From: Octopus sinensis
Lineage: Eukaryota
Assembly: GCF_006345805.1 (NCBI RefSeq)
Contig: NC_043000.1
Location: 24,180,001-24,244,000, forward strand
Direction: 5' to 3'
DNA: 64,000 nucleotides
In this document: positions 39,701-52,229 of the stretch, one piece after another
Numbering within the stretch: position 1 is the first letter of the stretch
Layout: each line of letters begins with the position of its first letter
Notes under the pieces: model-generated
What the model was told of the DNA's origin: nothing
Database searches by the model: none
What the model saw: the letters and a program-made list of their open reading frames with translations, nothing else
Program-made: the position numbers and the translations under genes

Positions 39701-42700
39701 GTGATTTCTTGATTCTGTTGAAAGTATCAGTGCTTGAGCAAACACACACAGTACCCACTGTAAAGTGGTTGGCATTAGGAACAATATCCAGCCATAGAAA
39801 CCGTTCCAAAACTGACGTCGAAGCTTGATGCAGCCCTGTTGCTCTCCTGATTCTGTCAAACCGTCCAACCCAGGCCAAAATGGAAAGTGGACTTACTTTA
39901 TCAAATGCAATGCTTATTTATTCACATTGAGCACCAAAAGGGCACCATTCGAATGTGATCGTTACCAGCGTCGCCTTACTGGCACTTGTGCCTGTGCTAG
40001 TAGGGTGCCAAGAGCACCATCCGAGCGTGATCATTGCCAGAGCAGCCAACTGGTTCCGTGCTGGTGGCACATAAAAGGGCACCATTCGAGCATGATCATT
40101 ACCAACGTCACCTTACTGGCACCTGTGCCGGTGGCATGTGGAAAGAGATTTGAGCGAGGTCATTGCCAGTACCGCCTGACTGGCCCTGTGCTGGTGGCAC
40201 GTAAAAAGCACCCACTACACTCTCAGAGTGGTTGGCATTAGTAAGGGCATCCAGCTGTAGAAATTCTGCCAGATCAGATTGGAGCCTGGTGCGGCCATCT
40301 GGTTCGCCAGTCCTCAGTCAAATCGTCTAACCCATGCTAGCATGGAAGGCGGATGTTAAACGATGATGATGATGATGTTTTGAAGTAATTATGCATTATC
40401 TTGTAGTTTAAAGATTTCAATGTGTGAGTGTTTATTTTCAGAATGACCTTGTAGGGTGTGTATGAGAAGCCAAATTTGACCAGCTTGAACATAAAATTGG
40501 TAGAATAAATATTTGGGCTGGATATGGCCATTTTAAATGCTAACAGGTTAAAGGATGATGATGAACCTCAAGACACTAAACTAATTCTAATCATATTTTT
40601 CCTTGATTCTTTTGAGTGTTATGATTTACGTTTCCCAGAATTAGCTTTGATTTTGGCCAGACAAGGTGCAGAATTATTAACTTATCCTTCTGCTTTCATG
40701 GAACCAACTGGTATTGCTCACTGGGAAGTAAGTATCATTAACCCTTTTCTTACATTATTTCTCTTAGAATATACAGCCTTTGTTTCAATTCATTTTGAAA
40801 ATAATGAAGAATTTAGTAAAATAACTTTGTCATTATTAATCTGTTGTTTGGAACATAAATTTTTTAAGGATGATTTTAATTTAGATGGAGACGCAATGGC
40901 CTGGTGGTTAGGGCAGGGGACTTGCAGTCAGAGGATTGCAATTTCAATTCCCAGACCGGGCGTTGTGTGTGTTTATTGAGCGAAAACACCTAAAAAAGCT
41001 CCATGAGGCTCCAGCAGGGGGTGGTGGTGACCCCTACTGTACTCTTTCGCCACAACTTTCTCTCACTCTCTCTTCCTGTTTCTTGAGTAACGCTGTGATG
41101 GACTGGTGTCCCGTCCAGCTGGGGGGAACACATACGCCACAGAAACCGAGAAACTGGACCCATGAGCCTGGCTAGGCTTGTAAAGGACGACGTTTATGGG
41201 TTTTTTTTATTTATTTAGATAACTTAAAAAGGTGTGCTTGTAGGTGGACTGGTATCAAAAGGGTTAAAGAAGGTAGAAAACATTGCCAAGGTGCTGTAAT
41301 TCACTGCTTTGTTCTGTAAAATTTCTGTGAAATTAAAGTAGTTAAAAATGTGGCTTAGTGAGAGGACTTTTGTAGGACTTTGGGGACTGGTGGGAGAAAA
41401 GAAGCATAGAGCCCTATCTTGTGGTTACTAAAGTAGGAAACTTCATCAAAATATTGAGTTTTCCTCAGACAAGAGACCTTGTCTGAATGCCTGCAACAGA
41501 GTGGACTTCACTAAAAACACACAAGCCCCAAGGTGTGATATTAAGTAAGACAAAAGCTTATACCTGCTACTCAAGGACAGGTGCACTCTACTCAGTAGGC
41601 TTCCATACTGATTCTGTCTATTCAGTTCCATTCATAAGTTTTGGGTTCACCTGTGCCTGTAGTAGAAGACACTTGTAAAGGGATAAATGTTGTGAAGTGA
41701 ACTCAACCACATCAGCAATCTCATTAATAAATAACTATTTCTTGTCTTGCACAGCTCTATTCAGTTCCTCCCCAAAACTACTGAAATAATTCAACATTAT
41801 ATCAAAGAATAGAGTTATTCACTGAAAAACAGGTGTCCTTCAGTTTTTTGTTGTTGTTGTTGGAGAGACTCATTGTAATTTGTAACAATGAAGTTGTATC
41901 AGCCAAAAGACAAAAGAAAAAATATATCTGATCTTAGTACAACCAAAACTGAAACAAGTGACTGTAATGAGAATCAATAACTGAACATGTCAGGCTCAAT
42001 TTACTTGGATCTTAAATTTTGTATATTGCTGAGGGGCTGAGTTTTTGTTTTTCAGCATTTAACTCTCCTTACCTAAGATTTTATGCTCTCGTTTAACACC
42101 CGTCTTCCATGTTGGCATGATTTGTATGTTTTGACAACATCTGGTGGGTCTGACTACTGCATCATGCTCCAGTGTTTGCTTCACTTGGTTTCTATGGCTG
42201 TTCATTATCTAGCCATCTGGTTCCTCCAGCCTCTAGCCACCTGGTTCCTCCACCCTCTAGCCATCTGGTTCCTCCACCCTCTAGCCATCTGGTTCCTCCA
42301 CCCTCTAGCCATCTGGTTCCTCCACCCTCTAGCCATCTGGTTCCTCCACCCTCTAGCCATCTGGTTCCTCCACCCTCTAACCATCTGGTTCCTCCACCCT
42401 CTAACCATCTGGTTCCTCCACCCTCAAGCCATCTGGTTCCTCCAGCCTCTAGCCATCTGGTTCCTCCAGCCTCTAGCCATTTGGTTCCTCCAGCCTCTAG
42501 CCATCTGGTTCCTCCAGCCTCTAGCCATCTGGTTCCTCCACTCTCTAGCCATCTGGTTCCTCCACCCTCACAGTTGCTCTTCATAATGTCGACCACTTTA
42601 CAGAGTGTGCTTGATGCATTTTTTTTTGTGGCACCAGCACTAGTGAGGTCACTTTGCAGCTTGCAAGATTAAGACCCCTTGACAGCTGGGGTGCACTATT

Positions 42701-45700
42701 GAGGGAGGTGGTTATATGCTAGGAGGTGGATTACATTGCAGACAATACATTATTCTTGTTCTTGCCTTCCACTTTCAGAAATTTTGTATTTTAAATTATT
42801 TTTTATTGCTGTGTGTGTGTGTATTCAGAGTATGGAGCAAAAAACTTTTCCCAGAGTCAGCAGATTTTTCTGCTGCATCCTGTATGTGTGTGTCTGAATA
42901 TATATCTACATACTGTATTCTGTAATATGTTTGCTTATATTTCCAGTCATTACTTCGGAGCCGTGCCATTGAAAGCCAGTGTTATGTTATAGCAGCTGCA
43001 CAAGTTGGCCGACATAATAAGAAACGCTCATCATATGGACATGCAATGGTGAGAAAAAGATGCAAAAAAAAAGTATTTCTATAATTAGTCATATACCATC
43101 ATTTTGTATTTTGTATCACCATCATCATCATTTAAGGTGTTTTCCATACTGGTGGTTTTACAGTAGCTGGCTACATGGAAAGCCGCACCAGGTTCCAGCT
43201 GTCTGTTTTGGCAAGGGTTCTATGACTGGATGCCCCTCCTAACATCAACTACTTTATAGAGTAAATTGGATGCTTTTTACGTGCCGCCAATACAGGTGCT
43301 TTTTACATGACACCAGCTTGGATGTTTTATACGTGACCCCAGCATGGGTGCTTTATACGTGGCACCAGCATGGGTGCTTTTTATGTGGCACCAGCATGGG
43401 TGCTTTTTATGTGTCACCAGCATGGGTGCTTTTTATGTGGCACCAGCATGTGTGCTTTTTTATGTGGCACCAGCATGGATGTTTTTTTTTTATGTGGCAC
43501 CATCTCTTAGTGAAATGGCTGATTTGTTAAGGACATTTTGTCACAGATCAGAAAATATCTTGGGCAATATTATTTTAAAAGGGATAAAGAAATATTAAAA
43601 CACTGCAGTAATTCCTTGATCTGGTTATTTTTTTCTATATCATACTACTCACTTATTTACAACACACACACATTGTTTACATCATAAGAATTTAGAAACT
43701 TCAAGAGACATGAAATAATTCATTTTTAATGGTGGAATTTGAAGTAGATAAATCTATAAATAACAGTGTTTAAATATTGGGTTAAAAATCCTTTTTGATA
43801 AAAAGAAATAAAGCTGCCCATGCTAGAATATCTGTTATATTTACAAGTAGCCTTCAACATTTTGTGGCTGTGTGGTAAGTAGCTTGCTTACCAACCACAT
43901 GGTTCCGGGTTCAGTTCCACTGCATGGTACCTTGGGCAAGTGTCTTTTACTATAGCCTCGGGCCGACCAAAGACTTGTGAATGAATTTGGTAGACGGAAA
44001 CTGAAAGAAGCCTGTCGTATATATGTATATATATGTCTATCTGTGTTTGTCCCCCCAACAATACTTGACAACCGATGCTGGTGTGTTTATGGCCTCGTAA
44101 CTTAGTGGTTCGGCAAAAGTGACTGATAGAATAAGTACTAGGCTTACAAAGAATAAGTCCTGGGGTCGATTTGCTCAACTAAAGGTGGTGCTCCAGCATG
44201 GCCGCAGTCAAATGACTGAAACAAGCCCTATATTTACATGCTATTACTTATAGCTTTTTGTATGAAGACATTCTGCCTATTTCCATCATTATAAGGGGAA
44301 GGCACTTGCACTTTGCAGGACATTGCTGGCAAGTGATCTACTGCTATGGATGTCAAGCATGGCCATACTTGAGCAGGTTATCTGAACACAACCTATGTAG
44401 GTCAACTCACTATAAACACTAGATGCCTCTCCAGAGACCTCCCTTGCAGGTAGCACATAAAAAGTACCATTTGAGCATGGCCATTGCTAGTACTGCCTGA
44501 CTGGCCCTTGTGCCAGTGGGACATAAAAGCACCCACTACACTCTCGGAGTGGTTGGCATTAGGAAGGGCATCCAGCTGTAGAAACTCTGCCAGATCCGAT
44601 TGGAGTCGGGTGCAACCATCTGCTTCGCCAGTCCTCAGATGTTAAACAATGATGATGATGAGATGGATAGCATGCATGCGTTAAAAATGGTTGAGCAAGT
44701 TAGACCAGATGATGACGTTGATGATAATTTGTAGCTTTATCAACTTGAGTTTCACTCTTTTAAAACAAACTATTTCTTAGCTTTGTCTAGAAAATGTCTT
44801 TGGTGAGACTAGTACAGATAGAATTGGGAGGGCACAGTTTTGATTAATTGTATCCTATTGTTAATATATTGAAAGGTGTCAGATATTCAAAAGGAATCCA
44901 TCTAGTTAACTGATTCATCAACCTTTAGTGGTATGGTGCACAAAAAAGGCAGCGAGCTGGCAGAAACGTTAGCGTACCAGGCGAAATGCTTTGCGGTATT
45001 TTGTCTGCTGCTACGTTCTGAGTTCAAATTCCACCGAGGTCGACTTTGCCTTTCATCCTTTCGGGGTCGATTAAATAAGTACCAGTTACACACTGGGTTC
45101 GATATAATCGACTTAATCCGTTTGTCTGTCCTTGTTTGTCCCCTCTGTGTTTAGCTTCTTGTGGGTAATAAAGAAATAGGTATAGTGGACAAAAAGAAAA
45201 AAAAAGAAAACTTTCTTATATTATGCACCCACCCATCCCACTTCTGTTTTCACTGTTCTGCATCACTGACTTGTGAACTGCATTCCACTTCTGTTTGAAC
45301 CCACCTGTTCCAGTCATCTCTCTGCTTCATACCACCTATATTACTCAGGCGGCGAGCTGGCAGAAATGTTAGCACACCGGGCGTATCCGTATTTCGTCTG
45401 CCGTTACGTTCTGAGTTCAAATTCTGCTGAGGTCGACTTTGCCTTTCATCCTTTCGGGGTCGATAAATTAAGTGTAGCCCCTTGTGGGTAGTAAAGAAAT
45501 ATATATTACTCATTTTATCTTTCATAAACTACAAAATAACTAAATTATTGTGTATAGTGCTCAGGTGCACTACAATTTATCAAAGGTGTATGTACAGTAC
45601 ATAGAATTATGTCCAAATATCAGGAAAGTGAACAATATATGGGTCATGATATGCATGTGTGCATGCGTATGGAGGGCAGGATTCCATAACTTCATCATTT

Positions 45701-46959
45701 TTTTATCACAAAGCCTATTTTTCTCTGCACTTACTGTCATGTGATATTTTTGTACATCTCCATATTTTCAACAGGTAATTGATCCATGGGGAACCGTTAT
45801 TGCTGAATGTAGTAAAGGAATAGGGTTGTGTACAGCAGAAATCAATATGGATTTATTACATGATGTCCGGTTAGAGATGCCTGTCTGGCACCACAGACGT
45901 AATGACCTCTACAATCAAATATATTCTTTCTCAACTGGTAAGAATTTTTAACTTTGCCAAATTGTCTGTGGAACGGTTCTGTCTCATTGTTCCATTACTG
46001 TCATCACTAATCGTCATCATTTTATGTCTGCTTTCTGTGGTGGCATGGCATGGTTGGATGGGTTATCACAGTCTTGGAGCCTAGTGCAGCCGCTGGCTCT
46101 CCAGACCTCAGTCAAACTGTCCAACCCATGCCAACATAGAAAATGGACATTAAACGATGATGATGATGATAAATGCACTCCTAAATAGGCCAGAGGACCA
46201 CATCTTGTATATTCTATTTCAACATAGTTTCTACTGCTGGAAGCCATTCTAACACCAACCCCTCTGCAGATTGTACTGGGTGCATAGTTTCAGGTTCAGT
46301 CCCAGTCTGTGGAACCTTGGGAAAATGTCTTTTATTATAACTTTGGGCTGACCAAAGTTGATTTGGGAGATGGAAACTGAAAGAAGTTTGTGTTTGTGTA
46401 TTTATATATATATAAATTTGGAAAACCACCTTTTATCAATTCAAAATGAACAATTAAATTACACCATCCAGAAAATTACATATAATAGAAATATTAAAAT
46501 AACAATAATATACCGATGATTAAGTAAATTGCAAAATAATAATAAAACCAAATATATACGTTTTTATTATTATTTTGCAATTTACTTAATCATCGGTATA
46601 TTATTGTTATTTTAATTTTAATATTTCTATTATATGTAATTTTCTGGATGGTGTAATTTAATTGTTCGTTTTGAATTGATAAAAGGTGGTTTTTCTAATT
46701 TATATATATATATATTATATTATATTTTGTGAAATTTGATTTAATATTTCTAAATTGAATTTTTCCCTGTAAGTTAGGAATAATATTTCCTCAAATAATA
46801 TTAATAATTATATATATATATATATATATCTCCAACCATAGAAGCCATGCCAGAACAGACAATGGAACCTTGTGCAGTCCCTGGCCTCACCAACTCCTGT
46901 CAAACTGTCCAACCCGTGCCAGTATGGAAAATTGACGTTAAATGGTGATGGTGATTATA

Positions 46960-47006
<47 letters not shown>

Positions 47007-50000
47007 GTTCAATTTACAAGGAAAGATCCAGAGGAACAATTACAAGGTAGCCAAATGTCACATAAGTGCCTAAGGAATTAGTAATCACACTTGCGTGGGA
47101 GTTAATTCTGGGGAGAAGTGAGACGTGTTTTGGAGAACATAAGAATAATGGAAAATGCAGACAAATACTCAAGATGTTGTTTAAATCATTTATATCACCA
47201 TATTACCTACATATGTTTCAATAGATGCATTAAAATAAATCTGAGAGGAAGAATAATGTGGTAAAAGGCACCAATCTCATCAGGGTAGCTATGTGGTTAA
47301 GAAGCTTCTTCCCAATCATATGGTCTTGGGTTCTGTCCCACTGCAAAGCACCTTTGGCAAATGTCTTCTATTATAGTCTTGTGCCAACTAAAGCTTTGTG
47401 AGTGGATTTGGTAGACGGAAACTGAAAGAAACCCATGATGTGTATCTATATGTATGTGTGGTGTGTATAATTGTGTCTTCTTGCCTTGGTGTCACGTAAT
47501 AGTTATACATGAGCATCAATATCAGACAAGCAACATCCTTTGTTTCCAATCTTCAATGGAAGCCTGTCTGTTCAGGGCCAAATATTACCTTTGTTGGAAG
47601 CAGGTAAGGGTTAGTGACAGGAAGGGCATCCGTCTGTAGAAAATCTGCCACAATAAATTCTGTCTTCCCATGTGAACATGGAGAAGTGGATGATAAAATG
47701 ATGAAGATTTTGATGATGATTGTTAATATCTCTTGTTTCTTAAGGCAGTGAGCTGGCAGAAACGTTAGCATGCGAGGCGAAACGCTTAGTGGTATTTCGT
47801 CTGTTGTTATGTTCTGAGTTCAAATTCCACTGAGGTCAACTTTGCCTTTCATCCTTTCAGGGTTGATAGATTAAGTACTAGTTGTATACTGGAGTTGATC
47901 TAATCGACTGCCCCCCACCCCACAAAAATTTCAGGCCTTGTGCCTAGAGCAAAAAAAATATCTCTTGTTTCTTGATTGCTTCCCCTCTCTCTACTTATAT
48001 TTTCTCCTCTTTATCTTTTTCCTCTCTTCTGTCTCTCTCATCTTTTCCTTCTACCTTTTCTAATCTCTCTTTCTCTCTACATGCCTTTCTTTTCTTAGGC
48101 TTCTCTCACATCTTGACCCTTGACCTTCCTTGCACCACAGTGAGTGTATACCAACATTGACACTAGAACAACTACTCAAGGACAATCCTAGTGTTATACA
48201 GTAATCCTTTAACTATCACAGGTGTTACGTTCCAAAACCTCCCACAGAAATAATTAAAATCTATTAAAATATAAATACCTATCAGCCACAGAAACCCAGA
48301 TATACTGAGGAGTCTGCGATATAAATTTACATATATTAGCCAGAAAAATCCATGATGTACTAATTGCACGATAGGTGAACTGCAATATGGCGAGGGATTA
48401 CTCTATATTCAATCAGGGTAGATTAAACAACTACCCTAGTGTTGATTTGATTGATAATCTCACAACCTGGGCCATAGTATAGATAGAATTACAACTGTAA
48501 GCTTAACCAGTGTACAATTTCCAACACTGCTGCAGCGATAATGACAACATGTACCTCATATTTTGTTTTCTTTCTAACTTTTCTTATTTTTTCCACAATG
48601 TAAGACAGTGCTTGCCTTCAGTTGTATGGCATGCAAGGGATGAAGAAAATAAATCTTGTGGATAGGTAACATTCACAGGTAACTTTACTGTATGATCTGG
48701 TACCTGTTCCTAGCAGCTAAATATGTATAGAGGGTATGCCCTGACACCCCTTCATCATCTTCTCTGTTTTTCCAACTGGAGTAGCCATGTATCTATTCTA
48801 CTGCAAGACACCTGTTTCTGTCTTTCTAACGAACTCTAACCCCTCATCACCTAGAAAAAGCTACCTCCCTCAAAACTAAACACCCATCGCACCTTCAGTT
48901 GAGTGGGGTGTCTTGTCTTGTGGTGATCTTGCTAGTGCTGGTGCCATAAAAAAAACACCCACTATACTTTGCAAAGAGGTTTGCATAAGGAACAGCATCC
49001 AGCTGTAGAAACCATACCAAAGCAGACATCTGGGGCTTGGTACAGTCTGTTGGCTTCTTGGCTCCTGTCAAACCATCCAACACATGTCAGCATGGAAAAT
49101 GGATGTTAAATGATGATGAAGTACATAGAATAATGTGGCCTGTCCAAAATCATAAAAAACAATAGAGTGCAATTTTGTGTCAGTATTGTATCTTCAAATT
49201 TTTGTAACTGTTGTCTTGCTTGCTATGGCACCTCATTCAATGTGCTTCAGTTTAAACAACTTTTTGATCACAGTAAATGCATTTAGTTTTGATAAAAAAG
49301 GGAAAAAAAAAAGATTTCAAAAATTTGTTTCATGGAAATGTTTGGGTTTGTATCCCTATCCAAGCCAGGGTAGGAAATGGCCATAAAATTGCAAAAATAA
49401 AGTGTCCCTGAATGCAGGCATGGCTGTGTAATGAAGAAGCTTGCTTTGCGACTGTGTTGTATCAGATTCATTTCCACAACATGGGACCTTGGGCAAGTGT
49501 CTTCTACTATAATCCTGACTTAACCAATGATTTGTAAGTTTTGGGAGATGGAAACTGTGTGAAAGCCTATTGTGTGTGTGTGTGTCTGTTTGTCATTCAT
49601 TCCTAGCATTTGAGAACCGATGTTGGTTTGTTTATATTCTTGTAACTTAGTGTTTCAGCAAAAAGACAAACAGCATGAGTACCAAGTTTAAAATATGTCC
49701 TAGGATCAATTTGTTTGACTAAAGCCTTTCAAGGTGGTGCCCCAGCATGGCCACAGTCCAATGGATGAAACAAGTAAAAGCTAAAATATAATAAATGTCT
49801 TGTATAACAGAGGTTGTTATGATGTTAGGACAAATTAATGAAATGGCAGAAATGGCTAGATTTTCGTGGTAAATTACGTTGTTTGTCATTAGTTGATTGA
49901 AATAATCTTAAGTTTTATCTTTTGTTTTTCACTAGAAAATACCACTGTAGATGAACAGGAAACATATAAATTTGGTCACATTGATATTCCTTCATCACAA

Positions 50001-52192
50001 GTATTTCTTAATACACCATTCTCTTTTGCATTTGTCAACATCAAGCCTGTATTACCCGGACGTATCCTTTATTGTATTTTTATTATAATTGCTTATCTAT
50101 TTTCTTTTATCTTGTTATTGTAACCACTACAAATTTTTTATGATTTAGTCCTGCGAAAGACAAGCGGAGTACAGAGTTACCCTTAGTCGCCACTATGCTC
50201 GGCTCAGCTCAGGATGGCAATACTTGTCAAGGGCCATGGAGAGCATACAGGACTTGAAGGAGAGTTGATACCGCTATCCCCTAGACAGGTGTCTCACAGG
50301 TCCATCAGTGTGTGGACATTCCCTGATGACATGTGAACCAGTTCCTTTGCTATGAAACCTCTACTTCTCATACATCTAGCTGGTGTATGGCCAACCTGCT
50401 TTAATTTCTGTTCCAATAAAAATAATAATGAAATTATTGTATACAGTGCTCAGGTGCACCACAACTTGTCAAATGTGTGTATAAAGCATATGCAGTAATG
50501 TACAAATGTCTGGGAAGTGAACAGTGTGAGTCAGATACATGCTTGCGAGTGTATGGAGGGGAGAAAATCAGGTGTAGTGTTGGCGAATCTCAGGAAGCAT
50601 GGAAGTTTTGAAGGATGCAGTGCTCCGACAACTAACAACTGATGCTGGCAGTTTGTTCCATGCTTCAGCAACTCTTAGCGTGAAAAAATATTACCGAATG
50701 TCATGGGAGCTGTGCTGTTTTCTGACTTTGTAAACATGTCCATGGGTGTTAGACAGGTGGAGTTTGAAAAGGTGCTCAGAGTTATTGTTTTGTAAGATGG
50801 TTCCAGTTATTTTCTTAACTTTTACTGAAGATGTTTTAATTTGTCCAAAACCAGTTGTTTCTAGTTTCTCTGAGGTAAGCGATGAACATACATCTGATTT
50901 ATGGTGTACAGCACGCAAAGTCGGTGATGTAGTCAAGAAACATTTTAATGGAACTTCTCTGACTTTTGCTATTCAAGATGGCCTAGAAGCAGGACAAAGT
51001 GTTAAGGTAAGAGTAATTGGTTTTCAAATCTTTTATTTTTATTTAACATATCTCATCAAGTGGATTCTATCATACAAGCTCTCTGGTGTCGGTAGCACAA
51101 TAAAATGCATCCAGTATATACTATAAAGTGGTTGGTAATAAGGATGGTATCTAAACAGTGGATGCTGGAATGCCTTTGATGGTCTGATCAGTCAGAGCCA
51201 AGGTAGTACTAAGCAACAAGGATTTTTAAAGAAAAGTGCCTTGTTCAGGAACTTGCATTATAAATTTTGCACTCCATGTGCAAGCATAGCTATGTGGTTA
51301 AGAAACATGCTTCTCAACCAAATAGTTTCTGGTTGAGTATTGCTGCACAGTATCTTCTCCTAAAACCCTGGGCCAACCTAAAGTTTGTTAGTGGTTTTGG
51401 TAGACGGAATCTAAAAGAAACCCATTGTGTATATGTGAAAGAGAGAGAGAGGGGGAGCGAATGTAATAATAAATTAAATAAATGACGAGATAACAAGAAT
51501 TATGTAATTGATGTCATTAACTTACATCTATTTCTACTATAAGGTGAGGCATGTGCACTCCTCTCTGAGCGCACTGCATCTTATAGCAGAAACAACTGTA
51601 AGCTAATGAAGTTGGTTGCATAATTCCTGTTTTTTACTTGCTATTTATGTAATTTCTTAGTATGCTCTTATATGTAACTAATGCTTTATAGTGAAGCATA
51701 TGTATATTGAGTACCAATACCATGTTATTAGTATTGCTATACTTAAGCAACATCTTTACACATATATATGTGGCTATGTGGTAAGTAGCTTGCTTACCAA
51801 CCACATGGTTCCGGGTTCAGTCCACTGCGTTCAGTCCACCTTCTACTATAGCCCCAGGCTGACCAAAGCCTTGTGAGTGGATTTGGTAGACAAACTGAAA
51901 GAAGCCTGTCGTATATATGTATGTGTGTGTATGTGTGTGTATGTTTGTGTGTCTGTGTTTGTCCCCCCCCAACATCGCTTGACAACCGATGCTGGTATGT
52001 TTACATCCCTGTAACTTAGTGGTTCGGCAAAAGAGACCAATAGAATAAGTTCTAGGCTTACAAAGAATAAGTCCTGGGGTCGATTTGCTTGACTGAAGGC
52101 AGTGCTCCAGCATGGTCACAGTCAAATTACTGAAACAAGTAAAAGAATATATATATATATAAATAAATATATATATATATATAAATAAATAA

Positions 52193-52229
<37 letters not shown>

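Noticed and set aside
42083-42672. Repetitive ORFs (LAIWFLHP)n / (SSHLVPPP)n as proteins, or the array as a CRISPR
   Set aside because: They arise from a 24-bp minisatellite with no unique spacers; no cas genes; eukaryotic intron.
51505-51612. Imperfect inverted repeat containing GAAAC-AACU-GUA-AG
   Set aside because: Only the 3' half of a hammerhead; no CUGANGA. Possibly a PLE inversion junction, but not supportable.
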